Shown here: positions 1 to 10,782 of the stretch, in pieces | Layout: the number at the start of each line of letters is the position of its first letter | Numbering within the stretch: position 1 is the stretch's first letter | Origin: Hemiscyllium ocellatum | Lineage: Eukaryota | Assembly (NCBI RefSeq): GCF_020745735.1 | Contig: NC_083446.1 | Location: 20,810,068 to 20,874,067 of the forward strand | Length of the DNA stretch: 64,000 bases | Reading direction: 5' to 3' | Notes under the pieces: generated by a model | What the model was told of the DNA's origin: nothing | What the model saw: the letters and a program-made list of their open reading frames with translations, nothing else | Databases searched by the model: none | Position numbers and translations under genes: made by a program

Positions 1-851
1 TTAGGTGCAAGTGCTGCTGGTCACGCTGATTGCCAAGTCACACCCCAAATTATGGACAAATTATAATAAATAATAATTAGTCTCTTTGCAGGTTCTTAAG
101 TGTTACAGCAGCGGTGAACATCCATAGCAATTTTGTTCATTATATTTAACGTCATCAAAAATACTTTGCGTTATTGGTGTGATGTCATTCTGTAATTTAT
201 GCCATTGTTCCTCGTGGGCTGAGTACAGTATTGGATATCTAGAAGGACACCCATCTCCTTAAGTCTTTCCCTCCATTCAGTTAGATCATGACTGGTCTGT
301 ACTTCCACTTTATTTACCAAGCTGCATTTTTAATTTTTTTCATAGAGCAGGGGAGAAAAAAACAAACAAAAGAGTCTTAAATTAATCTGCAAACGTGATG
401 GAAATGTGAACTAATTTTATAGACATCCACTGCTCACTGTGTAAACGTCACCACCCCAAACCAGGCTAAATCAGCCTGTCTCGAGTTCCTAGTTTATTCA
501 TCCCCAATTGTAGCATTCTCACCAGAATTTATTCTCCTGCCTCATCCACTCATTACAAAGAGCATCTTAATGAAGCTCAGTGAGATCACGTTTATCTCAG
601 TTCATCAACTTGGTCTGTGGTCTGAACCCATAAATGAAGTTTCAGAGCTCAGTACCGAATAAACATCGATGTCGTACAATGTCCAAGGCCAACAGGTCAT
701 TGCTGAGCAGGGAATGAAGCATTGAACGCATTTTGATTTATTTTCAAGTAAGGGTCACTGAATATTTTAACCACTTCATTTTGAGACCACAACATCATAA
801 GATAGAGGATCAAGATAATGCTGTTTGGCCAATCCAGAGTTTAGATCAGAA

Positions 852-930
852 TGATGCTGGAAAAACACAGCAGGTCAGGCAGCACCCGACGAGCAGGAAA
901 ATCGACGTTTCAGGCTAAAGCCATTCTACT
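852..930 (-). repeat. Penelope-derived terminal repeat fragment with decayed hammerhead motif
   Basis: The reverse complement reads ggctttagcctgaaacgtcgattttcctgctcgtcgggtgctgcctgacctgctgtgtttttccagcatc, the same family as 22669, 32165, 58566 and 62459. The CTGATGA core is lost. Confidence 0.7.
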
Positions 931-1298
931 GTCTTCTCCCCATACTAAACAAGAGCCGATTTATCTCTGGCTTAAATACACACAATGTCCTTGAAGCCAC
1001 TACCAGGCAAGGATTCAGCACTCTGAATGTCTCTCCCAGCATGGTCAGACAACAAACTATTTGACAAAGCTCACTGTCTATATATCTATCTTCAATAGAG
1101 GAGAAACATGCTTTTCTGACTTGCCAAAATGTTGAATTGTGAGCAATGCTAATGTAATACTCAAACTGAAATGAGATATGTGACATGTTAGTAAACGAGA
1201 AGCTGTACCATGCTGTTTACTACGCCTGATAAATTAGTGTGTTTGATTTACATCAGAGTTCAGAATTATTTGTACCTCTCTCAGTATCTGTCTCTTAC

Positions 1299-1611
1299 CC
1301 TGGAGTGCGGTGATGTTTTTATTTTGAATGTTCCCTCCATGAGTGACCTGGCAGATATAGACTGCGCTGTTGTACCATTCACCATGAGGGACCGTCAGGC
1401 GACTCGTCATCGAGAGGTTCCCGTTTGCCTCATACACGGGAGACGTGAAGAAGCCAGAAGCCAAGGGTCAGTCACTTTTTTAATCAACTCATGGAGATTG
1501 ACTTCGGATGGAAATCGATGATTGAACAGACGACAGTTGCAAACTTGCTGTTTGTGATTTCTTCACTGGAGCTCACAGTAAGGAGAAGAGTTGGTTGGAG
1601 AATATCTGGAC
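1299..1611 (-). pseudogene. IGHM: IgM heavy chain C-mu2 exon, inactivated
   Basis: Bounded by acceptor ttcccaaag|GT and donor CAGG|gtaag. Translates (G)[44 protein letters not shown], then after a frameshift ASGFFTSPVYEANGNLSMTSRLTVPHGEWYNSAVYICQVTHGGNIQNKNITALQ. This matches shark C-mu2 as recalled for Heterodontus ([47 protein letters not shown]...VYTCQV). The conserved Trp is TGA at 1484-1486, and the 313-bp length is 3n+1. Confidence 0.9.
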
Positions 1612-1699
1612 CTTTGGGAAACACGTTGTATAAATTATCTGACGAATTTCATAACAAATACAATCAGTTCTCATATATCAAGGCTTCCAAAAGACAAAG

Positions 1700-4090
1700 T
1701 GCAAATACATCGGCGAATTTCAGAGAAATGTAAATTAAATAGGGCAATGAGAATAGAGGTTTTTAACTTCCTCAGCATAGGCGTGGATATTCATTTTGCC
1801 AAAAATTTAGAGGGAGTACAATTCTGAAAATGCCCCCAGGAGAATATTTTTACAAAGTTTGTGTTAATACAGAGAATTTTAATCCATACCTTGCAAGAGA
1901 GGGGTGAACCTGGACTTGACTTTAGGGAATGAAGTCGACCCAGTGGGTAAAACATCAATGGTGGAGCACTTTGCAAACAGTGATCGCAAATCAGTTGGAT
2001 TTCAGATTGTACTGCAAAGGAATAGAAATTGACACAAAATTCCGAAAAGGGGAGGAACAATTTTAGTAAGATCAGGTAATGACTTGACCAGAGTGGACTG
2101 GAAGCTGACACTTATTGGTAAATCTGAGTCAGAGCAGTGTGACATATTTAAGAAAGATATAGGAAAATCACAGGGAGGACATTTCCCAGGAAGCCACTGC
2201 ATGGGACCAAGAATGCAGCGGACTCTGGAAACCAAAGGGCATGGAGGGTGTGATAAAGAGAAACAAGGGAGGCATCCGGTCTATACTGAAATCTCAAAAC
2301 AATAGAAACTATTATGGAGTACAGAACATGCAAGGGGGAGTTCGAAAGACAAAAGAATTAGAAGAGCAAAAGGGACCATGAGAAAATAATAGCAGTCAAA
2401 ATAATGGAAAATATTTTTTTAATTCGGTGGCTCATTCATTATAAAGTAATTTTTCGGGAAACAGTGATGCCCATTAAGTGTTATTATTGGAGTGGAGCCG
2501 GGGGATTAGGTTGTGGTGGAATTGAATGTGTTGTGTCAGTGTTCACCAGTAAGAGGGGCAATGTGGGGACAGAAATCATGGAGGGATGTTGTGATGTAGT
2601 TTTCAGAAATTAGGTGACGTGATGTTCTGTGTTGTCTTGTTGAATGAAAAGTGGTCATATTTCCAGGGCAGATGAAAAGTATACCAAGTGATTGAGCGAT
2701 GCAAAGGATGAAATAGTTGGGTCGCTGACAATAATTTAGAATTCCTGTCTGGCCACAGCAGTTGTGCCGAGTGAAGATCAGCCAACGTTGCACTGTTATG
2801 CAGGACGAAGGAGGGGATAAATAAGGAAAACACAGTTCTGTCAAGCTAGTCTCAGTGGTAGGGAAACTATTGAGAAGTGAAATTAGTCTTCATTTGGAAG
2901 ATAAATCAACAATTTGCAGCACGGTTTCATTGAGAGAAAGTCATGTGTAACAACTTGATAGTAGTTTTCAGAGAGATAAATCGATGTCCAGATGATAGCA
3001 ATAATCAGAGCCAATGGAATCCGAGTTAATTTGACAGATTGGATCGAGAATTGGCTGAGTGGTGGGAGGAGGGGATAATAGTCATCGGGTGTCTGCGTGA
3101 CTGGAACTCTGTCTCCCGGTGTTCTTGAGGGTTTCATGTTGATTTCTTTGCTATTTCCCTTACGTACCAATGATTGAGACTAGACTAAAATTTAGGAGGA
3201 TTAACCAGTGAATTCACAGATGAAATAAAACTGTCATGTTGGTCAGTCATAAGCAAAATGGCTTTAGATTGCAGGAGAATATACAAGGGTTGGTTGTATG
3301 TGAAGAGAAGTTGCAAATGGAAATCATTATGGATAAATGGAAGGTGATGCAATTAGGCAGAATACTCTGTGAGGTATGCCGTTTTGAATGGTGGAACACT
3401 GGAAAGGACTGAGGATCTTTGCTACATGTCCCGACCGATCCCCTATAGTATCGTGTCGACTGGATAAAGAGGCTAAGAAGGTGGGAGAATATTTGCTTTT
3501 ATTATCCAAGACGTTGTAGATTATACTGGAACTTAATAGAACACTGTTTAGGCAATACTGAAGCGTTATGCGCATGTTATCGAAGGAATGCAATTACACT
3601 GAAGGCAGGATTGACGAGATTTGCCAGGATCTTACCTGGGTTGGAGGGTTTTAGGTATGAAACTAGATTAGATAGACAGGGGTTTCCTTTGGAGCAGAGG
3701 AGAATTAGGGAAAAGGTGATTGTGATGTCTGTGCCTAAAATCATTCCAGACAGGGTAAACTGGATGAAACCTTTCCCCTTGATGGAGAGATCAATGCCTC
3801 AGGGGCACAAGGTGAAGGTAAGGCCAGGAAGTTCCAAGTGGATCTCAGAGTAAAACAAAATTAAACAGAGGGTGGTGTTAGTCTAGAGCTCAGTACCTAC
3901 AAGTCATGGAGAGATTGAGCCCCTCATAGTAAGTATGAAGTATTGAGATGCATCTTTGCAAGGGCAAGTCACACAAGGCAATTGATCATTTGCTGGCACA
4001 TGAGACTGGAATAGTTCCTTGGCTGTTATTGATAGGCGTGAACTGGATTGATCAAAGGGACGTTTTCCTGTGCTGTATAAGGTGATTCTG
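1700..4090 (+). mobile_element. Decayed CR1/HER1-like LINE fragments filling the C-mu1/C-mu2 intron
   Basis: Degenerate ORF2 pieces (TRVDWKLTLIGKS linker; RFARILPGLEGFRYETRLDRQGFPLEQRR from the RT C-terminus) and a CR1-type 3' region. Confidence 0.75.
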
Positions 4091-4156
4091 TGAAAACTGT
4101 TATAAATAATGCCTTACTCATTTTAATCTAGATGCTCTGTTTATCTCAGTTCCCAC

Positions 4157-4439
4157 AACACATGGCATTTCTTTGCTCTTTTGTTACCCTCTGTGTTGAA
4201 CCTCACAGTAGATTTTGCTGGGCAAGGTTAAGTGGCTGCTCAGGGTGTAAGCTCCCTTCTTGTTTCTCACTGATGGTAAAATCTTCAATCCAGTCGTGAT
4301 TAGCTCCCCACGTTGCTGCCAGGTTACCTTGGTGAAGTCAGGGGAATAATCCATCACCAAACAACCAAAGATGATAGAACAGGTGTTGTGCTCTTCACAG
4401 GAGGAGACCAGGCCATAAAGCGTGGGGGGAGATGGTTGT
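4157..4439 (-). pseudogene. IGHM: IgM heavy chain C-mu1 exon, inactivated
   Basis: [95 protein letters not shown] matches shark C-mu1 ([45 protein letters not shown]). It has an in-frame TAA at 4184-4186 and about 6 residues missing before SKIYC. The acceptor tattgtag|A is out of the expected phase and the donor is degenerate, so the lower boundary is approximate. Confidence 0.88.
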
Positions 4440-4779
4440 CTACAATAGAGTGACAAACTGAGCCTGTTCGTTTCTGTTAATTTGACCTTATCAGTTGCTC
4501 AAATGTGTTCTCAGACGTAAATGTTTGCCAGTATGCTCCCGCTTAAGTCTACAGCGTATATGGAGTTTATTTTTCTTTCCTACCAGTTGATGATGATGAT
4601 CGATCAGTTTCCTCTTCAGAAACATGCCCTCGAACTTGACCATTACCATATAATTTAGGAAAAGAACATCATCATCCCACCAACAGTAACTGCTTGAAAA
4701 TCTCACCAATTGACGTTTTCACTGGATTGCAAGTGAAGAGCAGAGAGGTTTCACAAAATACAAACCAAGGAAATGCAGC

Positions 4780-5134
4780 TTCATAGAAATTCTACAGTGT
4801 GTGCAAACAGTTCATTTGGCCCAACAAGTCCACACCCACCTTCTGAAAAGTAACTCTTTCAGCCCAATTTCCCTACCCTACGACTCTACATTTAACCTTG
4901 ACTAATGCACCTAACCTCCCAATCCCTGAATACTACGGACAATTTAGCATGCCCAATTCACCCAGCCTGCATACCTTTAGAATGTGGGAGGAAACTGGAG
5001 CATCTGGAGGAAACCCACGCAGAGACGGGGAGAACATGCAAACTCAGCACAGATAGTGGCTCGAGGAGAGAACCGAATCAGGGTCCCTGGCTCTGTGAGG
5101 CAGCAGTGCTAACCACTGAGCCACAGTGCTGCCT
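4780..5134 (-). mobile_element. HE1-like tRNA-derived SINE with LINE-derived tail
   Basis: The reverse complement starts ggcagcactgtggctcagtggttagcactgctgcctcacagagccagggaccc (tRNA-like head). It continues gagtttgcatgttctccccgtctctgcgtgggtttcc and ends in a CR1-like tail. Confidence 0.8.
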
Positions 5135-5149
5135 CACAGTGCACTGTGT

Positions 5150-5260
5150 TGCCAGAAATCAAAAATAAAAACAGCAATTGCTGGAAAAAACAAACAACTG
5201 GCAGCTTCTGTGGGGAGAAACCAGAGTGAATCAGGTCCAGTGAGCGTTGCTCACAGATCA
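5150..5260 (-). repeat. Penelope-type terminal repeat fragment (second short family)
   Basis: The reverse complement ctctggtttctccccacagaagctgccag..ttttccagcaattgctgttttt resembles 10130-10230, 22040-22150 and 32340-32520. Confidence 0.55.
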
Positions 5261-5689
5261 ATGCAAGGCAGAATGTTCTCTGTGGGAAGAAGGTCACTGC
5301 AGCAGCAGCACAGGCAGGAGCTGAGCATTGGAACTGGGAGGATGGCTGTCACAGCTGACCTCAGGCGAATTTTCTGCAAGTGGAAAATTCTTATTTACAA
5401 TTAACTGAATTTTGGAAGCCTCTGAAAAATGGAGGACCATTACGGTTCAGAGACTTTGGAGTGTTACAGTTAACTGCGCTGAGTATTAACACAAATAGGA
5501 TTTGAAAAGTTAACCTGTACTCTTTAACTTGAATAACTATCAACCAGACATGCAGGTCACCTCCAAAACACATCTCTCAGACTATCCACCGCTTTTACTC
5601 TCTGCCTAGACCTAAATTTCCACTCGCATTGACAAACTGTACCCTGCTACATACCCAGCACAAGACACACATTCAAGGCAGTCCATATC

Positions 5690-6360
5690 GATAATTTAGA
5701 TGAGCAAAGAGATTCTGTGTCCATGTACGTAGATCACTAAAAGCTGCCACCCAGGTTGCTAGGGTTGCTAAGAAGGCATACTGTGTGTTAGCTTTCATTG
5801 GTAGAGGGGTTGAGTTTTGGAGCCACGAGGTCATTCAGCAGCTGTACAAAACTCTAGTGTTGCCACACTTGGAGTATTGCATATAGTTTTGGTCACTGCA
5901 TTATAGGGCGGATGTGGAAGCTTTGGAAAGGGTTCAAAGGAGATTTGCTAGGCTGTTGCCTGGTATGGAGAAATGGTTTCATGAAGAAAGGCTGGGGGAC
6001 TTGATGCTGTTTTTGTTCACAAGAAGAAGGTGGAGTGTTGACTTATGTCAGATAATCAGAGGGTAAGATAGGGAGGGCAGTGAGAGCCTTTTTTCTCAGA
6101 TGGTAATGGCGAGGAGGAGGGGACAAAGCTTTAAATTGAGAGGCAATAGAAATGGGACCGATGTCAGCGGTAGTTTCTGACTCAGAGAGTGGTAGGTGTG
6201 TGGAATGCACTGCCTGCAACAGTAGTAGACTCGTCAACATTAAGGGTATTTTATGGTCATTGGAATAGTTTAGAATAGATAGGCTTCAGAATGTTCCAAA
6301 GATCAGTGCAACATTGAGGAGTGAAAGGTCTATAGTGCGCTGTAATGTTCTGTGTAATGT
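5690..6360 (+). mobile_element. CR1/HER1-like LINE 3' fragment
   Basis: The DNA encodes the LYKTLVLPHLEYCI.FW and RRFARLLPGME motifs and is followed by a CR1 3' UTR. Confidence 0.8.
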
Positions 6361-6679
6361 TCCCAGTTCCAAATGGACATATCATCTAAATTCCTTTCAC
6401 TCATTTCCACTCCTGCCACCCTGCATCTTGCGCATGGCGAATCTGGCCCTACTAGGCCTGTCACGATCATTTTCAGAACGTCTGACAGAAGCCCACTACG
6501 CGAGACATGACTTCATCCTTTGGTCACTGGCCTCTCATCATTCCCAGGTCAACATGTGCACATTGTATCATAACTCCCTTCGCACTTGTCCTTTACCAGC
6601 TGCCATTTTGCCAGACTCCAAGCTTTGCATTTTGACATCATGTCCACCTGCCTTTTCATACAGTGAATTTCTACCCCTG

Positions 6680-7160
6680 AGGCAGCCTGGCACTCTGCCC
6701 AACTCTACGCTAACCAGCCAGACCCCGTGCCCACCTCTACACCAACCAGCCTGGCACCCTGCCGATCTCTCCACAAACCAGCTTGGCAGCCTGTCACCCT
6801 CTACAAAAACCAACCTCTCACCCTACTGACCTCTAACTAACCAGCCGGCCACCCTGTCAATCTCTACACTAACCTGCCAGGCACCCTGCTAATCTCTCCA
6901 CAAACCAGGAAGTCACCCTTTCCGCCTCTACACTACCTAGCCTCACACCCTACTAATCTCTACACCAACCAGCCTGGCACCCTGCCGAACTCTACACTAA
7001 CCAACCTGACATTCTGCGAACTCTGAAATAACCATAGTGACACCCTGCTGATCTCTCAACTAACCATCCTGGAACCCTGTCCAATTCTGCTCTAACCAGC
7101 CTTACATCAAGACCAGGTCTCCACTAACCAGCCTGCAACACTGTTCATCTTTCCACTAAC
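6680..7160. repeat. Degenerate ~32-bp minisatellite, about 15 units
   Basis: Recurrent unit aaccagcctggcaccctgccgatctctacact. Examples: aaccagcttggcagcctgtcaccctctacaaa and aaccagccggccaccctgtcaatctctacact. Confidence 0.8.
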
Positions 7161-7419
7161 AATCTTGTCAAAGACAAACCTTCTGCGTTTCAGGCTCAAA
7201 CTCGCCCTCACCTACCAAGCACAATTTGACTAAATTCTCCTGCGACTATTACTGTTTACCTTGATGCCACCTTGTCAGACGCAAGCTGCACAGGTGCACG
7301 CAAGCTTTCCCAGCCGCCGGCCAACACCTTATAGCCTACCTTAAACTATCCCTTATTCTCACTCTATCCCCTCACTAGCTCACCACCTTCAACGTTCGAG
7401 CCTATTCCACCACAAAATC

Positions 7420-8260
7420 AGAGAATTATAAAGTCATACAGCACAGAAACCGTCCCTTTGGCCCAGACCATCCAATCTGAACTGAGTTCCCAAATTAAAC
7501 TAATTCCATTTGCCTGCCCTTGGCCCATATCGATCCAGACCTATCCAGATCCTGCACCTGGCCAAATGTCTTCTGAATATTGTAACAGTCTCTGAATTTG
7601 CCACAGCCTCTGACAGTTCATTCCACTGTGTGGTACAGTTGCACCATGAAGCCCCAATCTCTGCACTCAATGTTCTGTCCAACGAAGGAACATGAGTCAA
7701 ACACCTTCAAAACGCTAGCTACTTGAGTCAATGTTTTCAAGAATCTCTGTGACTGAACCCACAAGTCTCTCTGTTCATCAATACTACCCAATGCCCTACC
7801 ATTAACTCTAAGTTGCGACCTGATTTATCTTCACAAAAAGCAATACATCATATTCATTTAAATTAAATTCCATTTGTCACTCCTTAGCTCATTGGCCAGG
7901 CTGATCAAAATCTCATTTTACTTGGAGATAACCTTCACTGCCCATTATAGCACAAGTTTTGAGTTCATGCGCAAACTTACCAACCATTCTCCATTCAATG
8001 TTTTCATTGTTCTGAACCAATATTGTACCCTGCTCAACTTTTCTTCCAAATATCAATAGTATTTTCTTTTAAGGATTGAAAGAATCTATCTCCTTCTTGA
8101 AATCTTTTAAAGTTTTGACCTCAATCAATTTCTGTGGTGGAGAATTCCAAAGCTTCACCATTCTTTTGTTGAACAGTAAACACTCAGTTTCAATGTTATC
8201 GGGTGTTGGAAAGACTGGTGAGCAGCAGGATTTATAATGATCCCATGAATGGAATAGCAT
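7420..8260 (-). mobile_element. CR1-like LINE 3' fragments
   Basis: Reverse-strand ORF pieces (WNELSEAVANSETVTIFRRHL; NKRMVKLWNSPPQKLIEVKTLKDFKKEID) are typical of the CR1 ORF2 C-terminus. Confidence 0.7.
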
Positions 8261-8294
8261 TCCAGAGGCGCCAAGGTGCCTTCTTCAGCTTCTA

Positions 8295-8599
8295 ATTTGC
8301 ATGCTGAAATGTCCCTTCAGCAGCATGTTGCAAAACTGTGATCTTTGAAGATAAGGGTGCACATGCATGTAAATGCTTCACCTGAGAGCTTTCATACAAA
8401 TTAGTCTTCAACTTGACTCTCAACTATATCCCTGCCCGTTTCCCCTTCCTCGGTCACAGCCACGGGACTCACTTTCTAACGGCGCTGTGAGTGTGCTAAT
8501 ATTACACCATCTTCAGCAATTCAAGTAAGCTGATGACAACTGGTTTCTTAAGGAGATATTAAAAGCTTGGCACTTCCACACCTGTCTAGAGATGCAAAT
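8295..8599. promoter_or_regulatory. Candidate IgH intronic enhancer: two octamers and E-boxes
   Basis: ATTTGCAT at 8295-8302, ATGCAAAT at 8592-8599, CACCTG at 8379-8384 and 8579-8584, and CAACTG at 8537-8542. The cluster lies about 4 kb upstream of C-mu1. Confidence 0.3.
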
Positions 8600-8804
8600 A
8601 ACTCCTGAAAGAATTGAAAATTATTTGAGGAACTTGCGTGCCCACACAAGATGATATGCTGAATGGTTTCCTTCTATGTGATTTGACTGTGTTTCACTGA
8701 ACTAACATTACTATTTCAGAATCATATAATGAGAGTGAAGAGACCCTCATTTTTAACAAGGCAATGGCTCATTTTACTTTCCTGGGAAAAAAAAATCATA
8801 TTAT

Positions 8805-9100
8805 TAGATTTAGATTACTTACAGTGTGGAAACGGGCCCTTTGGCCCAACAAGTCCACACCGACTCTCCGAAGACCAACACAACCAGACTTATTCCCCTA
8901 CATTTACCCCTTCACCTAACGCTACGGGCAATTTAGCATGGCCAATTCACCTAGCCTGCACATTTTTGGACTGTAGGAGGAAACACACTCAGACACGGAG
9001 AGAGTGTGCAAACTCCATGCAAACAGTTGCCTGAGGCGGTAATTGAACGCGGGCCTCTGGCGCTGTGAGGCAGCAGTACTAACTACTGTGTCGACATGCC
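8805..9100 (-). mobile_element. HE1-like SINE
   Basis: Runs from the ttagatttagattacttacagtgtggaaacgggccc tail to the ctgtgaggcagcagtactaactactgtg head (reverse complement of the tRNA-like head). Confidence 0.8.
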
Positions 9101-9459
9101 ATCATAGAAACAACGATTGGGATGTTTGAATTGGAAATTGTCAGATATTTAAAGCTTACTTTCATGAGCAATTAATTCCAGCCTCATTGTGTCACTTTAA
9201 ATACTCACAGAAATGTCTTTCAGAAAGTGTGTCTCCCTTTGTTATGGTCATTAGAATCAGTAAATCTGGGATAGTTTTGCTTATTAATCAAAGGTAGTAA
9301 AGAGTTTTAGCCAAAAGGAGGCCTATGGAGTTAGGTCGCAGATGCACCATGATCTAAGTAAGTGGTGGAACAGCTCAAGGGGCTGAGTGCTCTCCTCCTG
9401 CTCTGACGTTAGTATCATTGTCTCATTCATTAGGCTAGCTCTGGCACTGAACACTTTTT

Positions 9460-9815
9460 ATTAAAATAGAACATAGAACATAGAATATTACACCGCAGTA
9501 CAGGCCCTTCGGCCCTCGATGTTGCACCGCCCTCTCATACTAATCGGAATTCCATCCCACCTACACTATTCCATATACGTCCATATGCCTGTCTAATGAC
9601 GACACAAATGCACTTAAACTTGGCGAATCGACTACCGTTGCAAGTAAAGCATTCCATAATCTTTCTACGCTGGGAGTAAATAAACTACTATTGACATCTT
9701 TCTAATACCTATCTCCCCTCACTTTAAAGTTGTATCCCCTCGTGTTTGTCGTCCCCATACTTGGAAAAAGGCTCTCCCTGTCCAACCTATCTAACCCTCT
9801 GATTATCTTGTATGT
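9460..9815 (-). mobile_element. CR1/HER1 LINE 3' end
   Basis: agaacatagaacatagaa is the reverse complement of a (TTCTATG)n tail, followed by CR1 3' sequence. Confidence 0.8.
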
Positions 9816-10129
9816 AATTTCAACAAGTATATTTTTTCACACATTCTTTTAAAAAAAACTTTTGTTGATTATTTGGAACAGGAGCACCGACATTGTCCGT
9901 TTGAGTGATCAAAACAACTCCCACCCAATTACAGCAGCCACTGCACTCTGGGGTGTATAATACAGTTTATTGTGATATCACAGCTCGAGATGACGGCACT
10001 CACATTCAATGATACGCTGATATTAAATATCTCTGAAAATTCTCAATTTCTTCAAATGCATCTTCTCTCTGAATAACTTGCTTCATCGGTCAGAGCATTT
10101 TCTTAACGAAACAACAAACTCCGATTGCT

Positions 10130-10230
10130 AAAAACTTGAAATCTCTGAAGAAACTCAGCAGATCTGGCGGCTCCTGTGCAGAGAAAGCAAGGTTAAGTTT
10201 CACATTGACAGAACCCGTCTTCAGCAAATT
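10130..10230 (-). repeat. Terminal-repeat fragment with CTGAAGA..GAAAC hammerhead-like core
   Basis: The reverse complement reads gctgaagacgggttctgtcaatgtgaaacttaaccttgctttctctgcacagg. Stem II is decayed. Confidence 0.5.
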
Positions 10231-10782
10231 GTTTTCATGTTTTGGCACAAGACCTCGTGCCTGTTGAGCTAAACAGCGATTACATTGGCTTGACTCCTGT
10301 TGAAAAAGGATTCTTCGCAGAGTTACTGGATGGTCTGAGATAGCAGCTGAAGACCAGTTGAAATGCTATCACTATCTGCTGCAAGTGTTGGATTCAGCGG
10401 AATCCCCACCGTACTGAACAATCAAATTCAGCTACAGCACTGATTTAATATAAAGTAAAACCACCAAGGCATAATCTCATCAAACACACTTCGAAACAAT
10501 TCATTCTGGGTTGGTTATAAATGATATTGTTAAAACAGCAAGTCAGAAAACTGGGGTTTCTTTGAGGACTTACTTCATTAAGCCCACATAGCAATGCCCA
10601 AAAGCTTGTGAAAAATAGTGATCTGGAAAAAGCTGCTAAACGCCAAAATTCTGTTTAATATCTCAGAGACACAACTCAGGGCAGCGACTGAATAGATTTC
10701 ACTGGCCTCTGTGAGTGGAATTGCAACAAAAACCCAAGTAAGTCACTCTGCCTTCTTGCACTGAATTAACTTGATAAGAGAT

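Noticed and set aside
1299-4439. Alternative assignment of the constant exons to IgW or IgNAR
   Set aside because: Diagnostic strings ([25 protein letters not shown]; [15 protein letters not shown]) match the shark IgM C-mu1 and C-mu2 sequences as I recall them.
6314-6829. 171-aa plus-strand ORF
   Set aside because: It spans a LINE tail and the 32-bp minisatellite, and shows no recognisable domain.
10700-10734. Perfect RSS nonamer ACAAAAACC (10726-10734) about 6.3 kb upstream of C-mu1, where a JH RSS might be expected
   Set aside because: The nearest CAC-heptamer (CACTGGC) gives a 19-nt spacer, and the adjacent sequence does not encode a J motif. One perfect nonamer in 64 kb is expected by chance.
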